A DNA stretch of 64,000 nucleotides from contig NC_043016.1 in NCBI RefSeq assembly GCF_006345805.1, forward strand, positions 10,354,001-10,418,000, read 5' to 3'. Position 1 is the first letter of the stretch, and every line of letters starts with the position of its first letter. Shown one piece after another: positions 48,841 to 60,650 of the stretch. Source of the stretch: Octopus sinensis (Eukaryota). Below the pieces are notes generated by a model. The model had not been told where the DNA came from, did not search any database, and worked only from the letters and a program-made list of their open reading frames with translations. Made by a program: the position numbers and the translations under genes.

Positions 48841-49396
48841 TGCCCTGATGCAGTACCAGGCAGTGGCTCTCATGGCTTCTGATCTTAACTGATTGGAAGT
48901 GTTATCATGTACATTGTTTTGTCTTGGTATAAAAGATGGGCTACAGTAAATATTCTGCTCAATACCACAGATTTGCTTGTCAGTTGTTTGACCTTAACCA
49001 GTTGAGCATGCCTCTTAGTGGCTGATGATATGTGCATCTCTGATCACGAGCAGAAGTAGTGGGGGAGCATCATAGCCATGTGTTGAGAGGGATTCTTTGG
49101 GGTTTGAATAATTCACCTCTGGAAACATGGGTAGTTCTTTCAACATCCTTAAACAACCCTTATTCAGGGACCTTTTGAACGGGATGAGTCACTCAACAAG
49201 AAGAAAATTCTAACTGGGCCCCAACTGCAAGGTCATGTGCTGTTTATCTTGATATGAGATCACCATGTCACGCACATATGGTTGTGATGCATGTGCCTAG
49301 TGTACCCTTATCAGACGGGTAATCATGATGGGTATACTGGGTTTTGTATATTTTTACCCCAGTGTCACTTTGATGACCTGCACTGCTCACTCACTG
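48841..49396 (+). mobile_element. Full-length ~550-bp (TAA)n-associated non-coding element
   Basis: (AAT)n-tgccctgatgcagtaccaggcagtggctc...cactgctcactcactg-(AAT)n; homologous to 9030-9460 and 40195-40725. Confidence 0.88.
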
Positions 49397-49406
49397 AATA
49401 ATAATA

Positions 49407-49444
<38 letters not shown>

Positions 49445-49924
49445 TATTATTATTATTATTATTTTATTGGGCACAGGGATTAATATAAATCAAAACTTTA
49501 TAGGACAACACAAGAGGATATACAAAAGGTTTTGCAAAAAAAGAAAAACATTTGTGTAAACATTTGATAGCAAAAAAGAACAATGTAAGAAGTAAAAAAA
49601 AAAAAATCCCAATAGGGGGAGGCATTTTAAAGGTTATTTGTAGAAAAACCCATAAAAGCCACGGGCTAATAATAATAATAATAATAATAATGAGGGACTG
49701 TTTCATGGAATTATCAATTGAGCAACAACTTCAAGTAATGGAAAAATAGTAAAATTGAAAATTAAGAAACACACATACATACATATGTACGTGTGCACAC
49801 ACACACACACACCATTATTGAGGAAATTTCTTCCATTGTTGGTTACTGAACAAACATCTGCTCTTTTCTTCCAAATTGAGATGAAGATGTGACACATCAG
49901 TCACTCTACTGATATACTAGATAT

Positions 49925-50288
49925 TCTGTGCCGGTGGCACATAAAAAGCACCATCCGAACGTGGCCGATGCCAGCGCCGCTCCGACTGGCTCCTGTGCCA
50001 GTGACACATAAAAAGATCATCCGAACGTTGCCAGCGCCGCCTTGGCTGGCTTCCGTGCCACTGGCACGTTAAAAGCTCCAACCAATCGTGGCCGATGCCG
50101 GACCCCCTGGCACCTGTGCTGGTGACACGTAAAAAGCACCCACTACACTCGCGGAGTGGTTGGTGTTAGGAAGGGCATCCAGCTGTAGAAACTCTGCCAG
50201 ATCAGACTGGAGCCTGGAGCAGCCCCTGGCTTCCCAGACCCCGGTCGAACCGTCCAACCCATGCTAGCGCGGAAAATGGACGTTAAAC

Positions 50289-50319
<31 letters not shown>

Positions 50320-50320
50320 G
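49925..50320 (+). mobile_element. Family C repeat with 4 tandem 5' modules
   Basis: Repeated gtgccggtggcacataaaaagcacc-type modules, then the family C core and a (GAT)n tail. Confidence 0.9.
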
Positions 50321-50774
50321 CTGTTTTTTTACCATGGAACTGCCTTTTACAATTTGTCCATGTGTTACAACTGAAACAAACTGTTCATTAGAGGCAACAG
50401 AGTTTGCTTGGTTGATTTGCTTTTTATCTATTTATGTGCGGATGTATAACGTACATGCAGATATAACCTAACTTCACAGTTAGGTTATGTCTACATGTGC
50501 CTATAGTTGTCGCATATATATATGTGTGACAACTATAGGCATTGAAAAACTACTTTTTTTCCATAGGCTGAAACAGCTGTAAGGAGGGATTTTAATGATT
50601 TCAATAATGTATATTAAGGTTTTTATAATTGTATTCTTATTTTATATGTATTGAATTTTAATGTGTATGTGTATGTTATTATGGTTCTCGTTCTGTTAAA
50701 TAAATAAATAAGTCAACATTCTAATATCCGAAAGCTGATGAACCGACTAAATTGTTTCTCCATTTTCTTATTTG

Positions 50775-50811
<37 letters not shown>

Positions 50812-50984
50812 GTATAGAAGCCATCTTAATATGGCTAACCACATAGGGGAGGGGGTGTTACTGTAGCTATGTGGTTAGCCATGATAAGATGGCTTCTATA
50901 CTTACATTATCGAGCGATTACTGTTTCAATCTCATCTAGATTTAATAATGCCTATATATAATACAAATAATAAAATATACATAT

Positions 50985-51145
50985 ATACGACGGGCTTCTT
51001 TCAGTTTCCATCTACCAAATCCACTCACAAGGCTTCGGTCTGCCCGAGGGTACAGAAGACACTTGCCCAAGGTGCCATACAGTGGTACAGAACCGAGAAT
51101 CATGTGGTTGGTGAGCAAGCTTCTTACCACACAGCCATTCCTGCA
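50985..51145 (-). mobile_element. SINE family A, 5' half
   Basis: acgacgggcttctttcagtttcc...cacttgcccaaggtgcc...cttaccacacagcca. Confidence 0.85.
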
Positions 51146-51399
51146 TGTATAATGATAATGATAATGATGATGATGATGATTTGATTACTTTTTTTTTGTT
51201 TTTGTTTTTGTTTTATGTCACTACGTTTTCCTCTCTACCGCTCCTATCCACTCTCACCTTAATTTCACTCTCATTTCAATCAGCTGACATACATATTTCG
51301 TTAAAAGTGGAAGAAAAGATGATTAGAAAAGTTGATGATAAATCAATAAGTGAATTTTCTCTTAGTTTGCCATTTCCTTAAACTCACCTCAATAGCATT

Positions 51400-51539
51400 T
51401 TCTCACACTTTTGCACACACACACACACACACACATCCTATTTCTATGTGTGTGTGTGTGTGTGTGCATGCATTATCCCATTTTCTCACTCTTGTCTTCC
51501 ATCACCTGTAGTCTCTCTCTTTGTGTGTGTGTGTGTCTC

Positions 51540-51581
<42 letters not shown>

Positions 51582-51722
51582 TGTGTGTGTCTCTCTCCTT
51601 CTCTTTATCTCTCTCTCTTCGTTTTGCTATCTCCTTGCTCCATTACTCTTCATCTCCTCTTCTTTCTCTCTTACCACTTTCCCTCTCTGTCTGCCAGTTT
51701 TTGACTCTACTACTTTTGCACA

Positions 51723-51757
<35 letters not shown>

Positions 51758-52247
51758 GCACGCACACACACAACACACTCTCTCTCACACACCCACACAC
51801 ATACACACAATGTGCTCAGTGGATCTTGCTTGTCTCTCAAGATACAAACTTCTTTCCTTTCTCTTCTTATCCCTCCCTCTCTTCATTTCTTTGTTCCTCT
51901 CTTTCTCCCATATCCCAGCCCCCTCTCTCTCTTTCTCCTGTCTTTCTCTGCCTTGTGTAAGGCACATTGGAGAGTTCTTGTTTTACTGCTCTCCACTCCT
52001 GTCTTATTTTCTCTTGCAAAATTGATACGGACTTTCTCTTTCTCCTTCCTTCTGTCTATCTGTCTGTCTCTCTGTCTGTGTGTGTGACTCTCTCTCTCTC
52101 TTTCTCATTTTCTATCTATCTATCTGTCTGTCTGTCTATCTATCAATTTGTCTCTGTCTGTCTATCTATCTATCTATCATCTATCTATCATCTATCTATC
52201 TATCTATCTAATCTATCTGTCTATCTATATGTCTGTCTGTCTGTCTA

Positions 52248-52284
<37 letters not shown>

Positions 52285-52301
52285 TTATCTATCTATCTTT
52301 C

Positions 52302-52332
<31 letters not shown>

Positions 52333-53147
52333 CTATCTATCTGTCTTGTTCTCTCACTCACTCACTCAGTCTCTCTATCTCTTTACCTACCTATCTACCT
52401 ACCTACCTACCTACCTACCTACCTATCTTACCAGCTGTCTATGTATCTATCTACCTACCTATTTAGCTGTCTACCTATCTAACTATCTTGTCCTGTCCTA
52501 TCTCTCTACCTACCTACCTACCCCTCTGTCTCTTTATCTATCTACCTCTCTGTCTATCTACCTATCTGTCTATCTACCTATCTGTCTATCTATCTGTCTG
52601 TCTGTCTATCTATCTGTTTGTCTGTCTATCTATCTTTATATCTCCATCTAACCATCTACATATATAACTATCAACCTATGTATCTCTCAACAACTCTACC
52701 TATCTATCTATCTATCTTCCTTCATGCACTAAGTTAAGTACATTTACACACCTACATATAGACATCTTGTATCATACACTCTCACTTTCTCTTATTCTCC
52801 TTTTCACTCTCTCCCTCTCTTCCCCTCCATCTTTCCATATGCACACACACAAACACACACACACACAATTCCTTCAACATACTAACACATAGACTCCATC
52901 CTCTAATAATTTGTCTCTTTCTGTAATATAATATTACTTTTCTCTGTGTCTCTGTTCCCCCCCTCTCTTTATCTCTTGTTGTCCATTCTCTCTCTCTCTC
53001 TCTCTACCTCTCATTACATCTTATTGTCCATCTCTCTCTCTCTCTTTCTGTACTTCTCTCTTTCAGTACCTCTCTTTGTCTCTCTCTCCCTACTTTCTTA
53101 TCAATATAATTAGTGAGCCATGCACCTTTCATACACACTCAAACACA

Positions 53148-53192
<45 letters not shown>

Positions 53193-53701
53193 ACACACAC
53201 ACACTCACAAACACTCACACACACACTCACAAACACTCACACACACACTCTAAAACACACACACACACACACACACACACATTGTCTCTCATCCATTCTC
53301 TCTGGTATTCTATTACATTCTCTTCAAATATGTTATTGATTTTCTTCCTCAATTCTCTCTCTCTCTCTCCTATCCTGTCTATCTTTCTCTCTCCCCAATC
53401 TCTCTCTCTCTCTCCTCCTCACTACGTCTCCCCAATCCCCCCTCTCTCTCTTTCTCTTAAACAGTATACGAGGCACATTTCCTTGTTCTTCTTCTTCTTC
53501 TCTTCCCTTTTTTTCCTCCCAATGTGATAACGTCATCCAAATCACATCACGTTAGGAAGCTCGTGAGATAAACTTAGTCAACGGCTTTGTAATATTTGGT
53601 CATATTCAGTTCTGAGTTTATTTACTTTACATGGCACATTTACATATAATGTGTATGTCAGTTTACATACTTATAGGTATGTATCCATCTACAAGTATGA
53701 A

Positions 53702-53751
<50 letters not shown>

Positions 53752-54249
53752 AGTATGTACACATGCATATGTATATATATATATATATGCATATATGTAT
53801 TTATATATGTATATATATATATATATATGCATATATGTATTTATATATGTATGTATGTATATATATGTATGTATGTGTATATATATCAGTGTATATTTAT
53901 GTATATATGTATGTGTGTATATTTATATATGTATAAATATACATACACATATATATATATGTATGTATATATGCCTATATATGTATATATGTTTGTGTCT
54001 GTGTGTGTGTATATATATGTATGTGTGAATATATATATATATATGTATGCATATATATATATATGTATTATGCATATGTATGTATGTATGCATATATATA
54101 TATGTATGTATGCATATGTATGTATGTATGTATGCATATGTATATATATGTTTCTATGTATATGTATGTATATGTATGTATGCATATATATATATGTATG
54201 TATGTATGTGTATATATATATATGTATGTATTATATATATATATGTGTG

Positions 54250-54280
<31 letters not shown>

Positions 54281-54320
54281 GTGTATGTATATATGTGTGT
54301 GTGTGTATTTATGTGCGTTT
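51400..54320. repeat. Large compound simple-repeat block: (CA)n, (CT)n, (TATC)n, (TACC)n, (TATG)n
   Basis: Directly visible; it accounts for the many low-complexity ORFs in the track. Confidence 0.93.
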
Positions 54321-54419
54321 ATGTCTTTGTTTCTATGTTTGTTCCCTGCTATCATTTGACAACTAGTGTTGGTGTATTTACATCTCTGGAACTTAGCATT
54401 TCAGCAAAACATACTTATA

Positions 54420-55190
54420 GCCACTTGGCACAGATTATCTATGCACTCTGCAATGCATGTGCACTAAGTGTTAACGTTCTAGCTCACTTCCTCTGTTTAC
54501 AACAGTGCTTGGAAGGAAGGTGTGTAGCGTGTGATTGTTGCATTGACCGTGACAGAGGAAGTTGAACACAGAATCTGCATCGAATTTTGCCGAACTCTTT
54601 GTGATACCTGCTCAGAGGCCCATGCAAAGCTTTCAAAAATCTTTCATCTCTTCTAGACACAATCAAGATTTTGTGCCACTGAAATCTAAGTGTCTTTTTG
54701 GCCATCTGACAGCAGTTTTGGCAGACACGCGCCTCATACCCAAACCTTCAGTGATAATGGACTGAACTGAAATGTAACTAATCTGCAAATCCTCTGATAA
54801 TACATAAATGGTGATTTGACAACTTCTCCTCACAGCTACATGCACATGTGTGATACTTTTTCAGTTCTGCTAGTTGCAGGTGGGCTTCCCAGAACATTCG
54901 TCAATATTGATATTTTTCTAGGGATCTTGGAAACGTCAGAACCACTCATACACCTGTGTGCTGCTCATAGACTCCTCTCCATACACTTTCTGCAACTTTG
55001 CACAGGCCTCTGAGCAGGTATTGCTATGAAAACTTTCTCTGTCATGGTCAATGCAAAGATCACATGCTACACACCTTCCTTCCAAGCACTGCTGTAAACA
55101 GCAGAAGTGAGCGAAAATGTTAAAACTTAGTGTGTATGCACAGCAGAGTGCAAGGTCAAGCTGTGTCAAGCAGCTTCACTCTTCATGCTT
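54420..55190 (-). mobile_element. Rearranged mariner derivative: decayed transposase N-terminus with two inverted 5' ends
   Basis: Minus strand reads CSEACAKLQKVYGEESMSSTQVYEWF...SGKP...ISYISVQSIITEGLGMRRVSAK (mariner HTH region). 54440-54630 is an inverted copy of 55010-55165. Confidence 0.8.
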
Positions 55191-55564
55191 TATCTTCGTT
55201 ACTATGGCATCATTCTACATACTTGTTGATTAGAACTTGTATATATGTCACAAATCCCAGGAAACCAGCCTTATAAGCCTTTTGCTTGTGAAGAACTTTT
55301 GGTCCTTTTGTTTTTGATATATATATATATATATATACCGGAGTAAACACATAAATGTGAAACAAGGTGGAAAAAAGAGTACTCAAATACCAGTGGTAGA
55401 GTAATATGCTTTATTTAAAGCAGCAGGAATTTTCTGCTGCTTTAAATAAAGTATATATATATATATATATATAAATGGCGGTGCCCCAGCATGGCCACAG
55501 CTCATAAGCTGAAACTAGAATCAATCAATCAATCAATCATATATATATATATATACATACATAC

Positions 55565-55603
<39 letters not shown>

Positions 55604-55696
55604 ATCCAAACAAGAAAACACAGAAAAAAACACAGCAACGCAAGGACGTGGAACAATTAAAGTATTATTTGACGCTCAGGAAAGAAGGGAAGGAGG

Positions 55697-55731
55697 GTTT
55701 AACGTTTCGAGCGGAGCTCTTCATCGGAAAC
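55697..55731 (-). ncRNA. Minimal type I hammerhead-like motif (core CCGATGA) in a ~190-bp repeat flanked by (TA)n
   Basis: Minus strand: GTTT-CCGATGA-A-GAGC-TCC-GCTC-GAAA-CG-TT-AAAC. All three stems pair; U4 is C. Confidence 0.6.
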
Positions 55732-55824
55732 AAAGGAGAAGGAAAGATCCCGAGAAGAGAAGACGGAGGAAAAAAATTTTTTTGCTGGTGGTGCTCATAT
55801 ATATATATGTATGTATACACACTG

Positions 55825-56230
55825 TGAGCAATGAAAAGTGGAACGGCTATTGGGAGGTGGCTGCAGATTTGCCAGGGTGCCAAGGATTCTTTCCCATCTC
55901 AGTTGCAAAGAAAACAGACATTATAATGTGGTGCAAAAGGGAGAAAGTGGTAAATCTAGTCGAGTTAATGGTTCCTCGTGAAGGTAACACAGAAGCCACT
56001 CAGACTCAAAAGCTTTACCATTATATGAACCTTGTTAAGGAATGTGAAGATGCAGGCCGAAAAGCAGAGCATTTTCCAACTGAATTTGTCTGGAGAGGAT
56101 TCATTAGACACAGCGTGAGGCAACTGTTGTTCTTGTTAGCTCGTCATAAAGCAAATACCACCATGAGCGATATCCAAGCTACAGTGGAAAAAGCTAGCCA
56201 ATAGATTTGGTTAAAAAGAGACAATGAGTG
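55825..56230 (+). mobile_element. Decayed RLE-type LINE C-terminus, HERO-like
   Basis: KKTDIIMWCKREKVVNLVELMVPREGN...YMNLVKECEDAGRKAEHFPTEFVWRGF...VEKASQ*IWLKR resembles the PD..W...IELTVPWE...VEVGCRGF...ASRWLW pattern. Confidence 0.72.
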
Positions 56231-56482
56231 ATGGCTAGAAGACTATTGATTTATATCTGTTTTCCAGTTGATCTAGCAAGAGGAGTCTCATTTCAGTGAG
56301 GTGTGGGGGGGGGGGCTATGTGCGTAATGGTGCCATCAAAAGGTAGGCCCCGAAATGGCATGCATTCTCTCTTGATGACCCCATATACTTACTGGCTTCT
56401 GGTATGCAGAGCTTTTGACTAGTAGCACTTGCATGTGCAAGTTGTTTGCAAAACATGTCTGGGGAGAGTCATATTGTCTTAA

Positions 56483-56876
56483 TCTTTATATATAAAAGTG
56501 AAGTTGTGTGTCTGTCTCCTACGATTTAGATTCCTAACTACTCCCACATTTTGCGGTGCAGTTTAACCTTATCTTATAGTATCTTATAGTCGTGATTCAT
56601 ATCGAGCCATTCTGGGTATTAGCGTGTGTCTACGATGAGTCTACGATTTAAAAAAACATTTACCATCAATTTTTCCCATTTTTAATGCATTTTTGGCATG
56701 TATAAGGGAAGTAGTAACTCTCTAAAAATTTATCATTAAATCAGAACGTAAAAAGATACAGTAACACCCTCCCTTGTGGTTAGCCATGTGAGATGGCTAT
56801 TATACTTTACATCTCTAAAAATGCTTATATAGTTATTTCCCTTACAAACCCGAGCAACGCCGGGCGATACTGCTAG
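56483..56876 (+). mobile_element. Non-autonomous Helitron, subfamily 2
   Basis: A|TC...cccgagcaacgccggg-cgatactg-CTAG|T; colinear with 11438-11833. Confidence 0.88.
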
Positions 56877-57733
56877 TATCTTATAATCTAACACAGTCAC
56901 TGTTTCCATTTCCATTCATTTATTATTTATATTTTTTCTTCTAAAATTTTCGTTGCTTTTGCAACTTTGTCAATAGACGTTGAATCTGTTCATTATTGGA
57001 GCTGCGTTCTTCTTTGTCTGTTTGTGCTCTTGTGTGTGTGTACCAGCATGCATGTGTGCCTGCATATGCACATATGTATGTATGAATGCATGTATATGTG
57101 TATGCATATATGTATGTATTCTGCATATTCATGCATTTGTCTGTAAGTGTGTGTGTATTTGTGTCTCTCCCTCTGCCTTCTTGTATATGCTTGTTCGAAT
57201 GTGTCTATGTGTATAGGTTTGTGTGACTATATACATGTGTCTGTTATCTATGAATGTATGTCTGTGTGTGTGTGTGGGGGGGCCTTATTTCCATCTCCTT
57301 TTGTGAGTGTTTGTGTGTGTGTGTGTGCTTGTCTTTCCATATTACCTGTGTATCTATCTGTCTACTCACTTATATATCTGTCTGTTTACTTACAAATCCC
57401 ATTACCTACCTATATACTCTACCTCCGGTATTTGAGTACTATTTTTTCCACCTTGATTCATATTTATCTGCTTACTCTGGTATATATATATATCCCTACA
57501 TAACAGCCTACTAACAAATTTACTTAAGTACCTATATATCATGGCTATTAGGGTATCAGTACCTTCTATGTGTATTTCTTATTTAGTACGAGGGATGTTT
57601 CATTTATGAGGACATACTCCGGTATTTGTCTGAGTGTTGGGTCCTTTGGCTGCTTAGATAAAATGAGCATGTTAAATTGGCCCAGTGTGCCACCATGTGG
57701 CATTTGGCAGTGTTGGTATAGTATGGAGGACTG

Positions 57734-57776
<43 letters not shown>

Positions 57777-58759
57777 CCAACCCCTGCTAGCATGGAGAAC
57801 AGATGTTAAACGATGATGATATATATGTATATGTATTTTTTAAAGAATAAAGAGAAAATGAATAGGTAATTAATAAATAATATTGTTAATTACCTCTCCA
57901 TTTTCTCCTTATTCTTTAAATGTATAAATATATGAACCATGATTTATATTGTTACCTTATAGTTGATCTTTATAGATCCAATCAACCAGCATTTTCATTG
58001 GATTTATGATCCCTTAATAAAGTTCATTACCTTTACTCTCTCTCTCTCTCCCTATATATATATATATATGATAAATATTAATATAGTGATGCAGTATAAT
58101 TTATATATTTCGATAAATGTTCAAATTTCGCTTTTTTTTCTTTTCATTAATAACAGATATTTTAGAAACATATCTTTCTCATTTTACATGTTTTCATTTT
58201 TGTTGGTCACTTCTGGAACCAATCAACCATGGAAACTATAGGATAACTGTATATATCTATTTATCATTCTCTCTCTCTCCTTCTCTCCCTCTCTCTCTCT
58301 CTGTATGTGTGTGCCTGTGTTTACTTGAAACCATGGAGTGGAGTCAAAAGTTCAAATGTGGAGCTAATGACAATATTAATCAGAAGAAATCAATCAATTA
58401 TGGGATGATCCTGACCTCTAAAACGAATGATATAAATGACTGAAATATATAAATAATATGAACATTTGGTAATTGATTGATGTGTGGGTGGACGAATGAG
58501 TTTATGTGTGTATGGATGAATGTTTGGTTGGATAGATATCTGCACGAACATATGTATACATGTATGTATGGATGTATGGATGGATGTACATACGTATGTA
58601 TATATGTATGCATGTATGTGTTTATGTACGTATGCATGCCTGTATGTATGTGTGAGTGCATGTTTATACGTACATAAGTATGTACATATGTGTGCATGTA
58701 TATTTGTATGTATTTATGCATGCTTGTATGTATGTATGTATGTTTGTGTATATGTTTTG

Positions 58760-58859
58760 NNNNNNNNNNNNNNNNNNNNNNNNNNNNNNNNNNNNNNNNN
58801 NNNNNNNNNNNNNNNNNNNNNNNNNNNNNNNNNNNNNNNNNNNNNNNNNNNNNNNNNNN
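58760..58859. other. Assembly gap (100 N)
   Basis: Run of exactly 100 Ns between simple-repeat flanks. Confidence 0.99.
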
Positions 58860-59636
58860 TATAGCTTATTCTGTTCTGGCTCCTTCTTCCTTCTGCTCTC
58901 TCTCTCTTCTCTCTCTCTCTCTATATATATTATATATATATATATAATATTATATATATATATACATGTCTTTTATATGAGTGTGTGTGTATACACGCAC
59001 ACATATATACACACTTCTCTCTGCATGCTTCTAGTTTGAACTTTTTTGGCTTGGATTTAATTTTTCTCTTCCATTTAAGTTATTCTGCTTAATAATGTTG
59101 CTCTTCAACTCGTTCTCTCTATACTCATTCATATTCTTTGCTATATCTTCTTAGTAACCATTTGAGAGAACCTGTGAATTTTTAATAAATATGAAGATGG
59201 TGTGGTAAAATTAATTCCAATAAAGCTTTCAGCATAATTGCATTTTCAGTATTTTCACGTACTAAGAGGTGAAAAGTTCAAGTTATTAGCCTTCATGGTG
59301 GGCAATATTCCTTATCCTATTGTGAGCATTTTATTGTCTCTATGAAAACTATATCTCTGCAGCTCAAGTTTATACTTAACTGGAGGGGTAAAATGGATTA
59401 GGTATTTAGGATTTAGTTTCCTTACAGGTTTTGTCTACAGAATCGAGTGGTGCTAGTAACCTTATCATAGAAGCATGACTATGATATTAGAATAAGCTCA
59501 GGATTTAACATATTTATTGCTATATTTATGTTGAAATGCACTTGCTTTGTGCTTGTCAATTATTAATACAATGAAGAATTTAATAAAATAACATAAGCTG
59601 GTGTTTGCATAAGTTAACATGACATTTTGGTGGAAA

Positions 59637-59822
59637 GTTTTAATTTAGCATTTAAACTGGTCATATCTGGGTCAAAATATCCCACTTTAATGTTTAAAAT
59701 GGCCAAATCTGGCCTTTTATACATACCTTACAATGCTATTCTAAAAATGGATAATTACGTTGAAATCTCAAGGCTACAAGACGATGCATGTTTGATTCGG
59801 GACAATATGAATAAATAAGCAT
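59637..59822 (+). mobile_element. Truncated piggyBac-like MITE, same family as the 12600-13500 units
   Basis: ttagcatttaaactggtcatatctgg...gaaatctcaaggctacaag...gaataaataagcatt, cut by a family C insertion. Confidence 0.65.
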
Positions 59823-59823
59823 T

Positions 59824-60138
59824 GTGCCGGTGGCACATAAAAAAAAGCACCATCCGAACGTGGCCGATGCCAGCGCCGCCTTGGCTGGCTTCCGTGCCGG
59901 TGGCACGTTAAAAGCACCAACCGATCGTGGCCGATGCCAGACTCCCCTGGCACGTAAAAAGCACCCACTACACTCGCGGAGTGGTTGGCGTTAGGAAGGG
60001 CATCCAGCCGTAGAAACACTGTCAGATCAGACCGGAAGCCTGTGCAGCCTCCTGGCTTCCCGACCCCGATCCGAACCGTCAACCTGTGCTAGCGGGAAAA
60101 CGGACGTTAAACGATGATGATGATGATGATGATGATGA
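59824..60138 (+). mobile_element. Family C repeat
   Basis: Tandem 5' modules plus core plus (GAT)n tail. Confidence 0.9.
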
Positions 60139-60256
60139 CATATACATATATATACATATATATACATAATATATATATACAATACATATATAATATACAT
60201 ATACATATATATATATACATAACTACATATATATAGTTACATATTATATATATATA

Positions 60257-60505
60257 TCATCATCATCATCGTTTAACGTCCGCTTTCCGCGCTAGCACGG
60301 GTGGACGTTTTTGACCGGGTCTGGGGAAGCCAGGGGCCGCACCAGGCTCCAGTCTGAATCTGGCAGAGTTTCTACGCTGGATGCCCTTCCTAACGCCAAC
60401 CACTCCGTGAGTGGATTGGGGTGCTTTTTACGGGCCACCTGCACAGGGGCCGGAGGGTCCGGCATCGTCACGATCGGTTCGAGCATTTAACGTGTCAGCG
60501 GCACA
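60257..60505 (-). mobile_element. Family C repeat, tail-to-tail with 59824-60138
   Basis: catcatcatcgtttaacgtccgctttccgcgctagcacggg...gatgcccttcctaacgccaaccactccg. Confidence 0.88.
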
Positions 60506-60650
60506 TGGGCAACGAGGTCCGGGGTACTTTGGGGATCCAGGGTACTTGGGGATCCGGGGTACTTTGGGGATCGGGGGACTTAGAATGAGTAGGGGGTATG
60601 TGGAATTGCTGCAGAAAGCAGCCCGGGTCTTTGTAGTCACAGCATTATCA

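Noticed and set aside
51411-54565. Many 60-220 aa ORFs
   Set aside because: All lie in CA, CT, TATC or TATG simple repeats.
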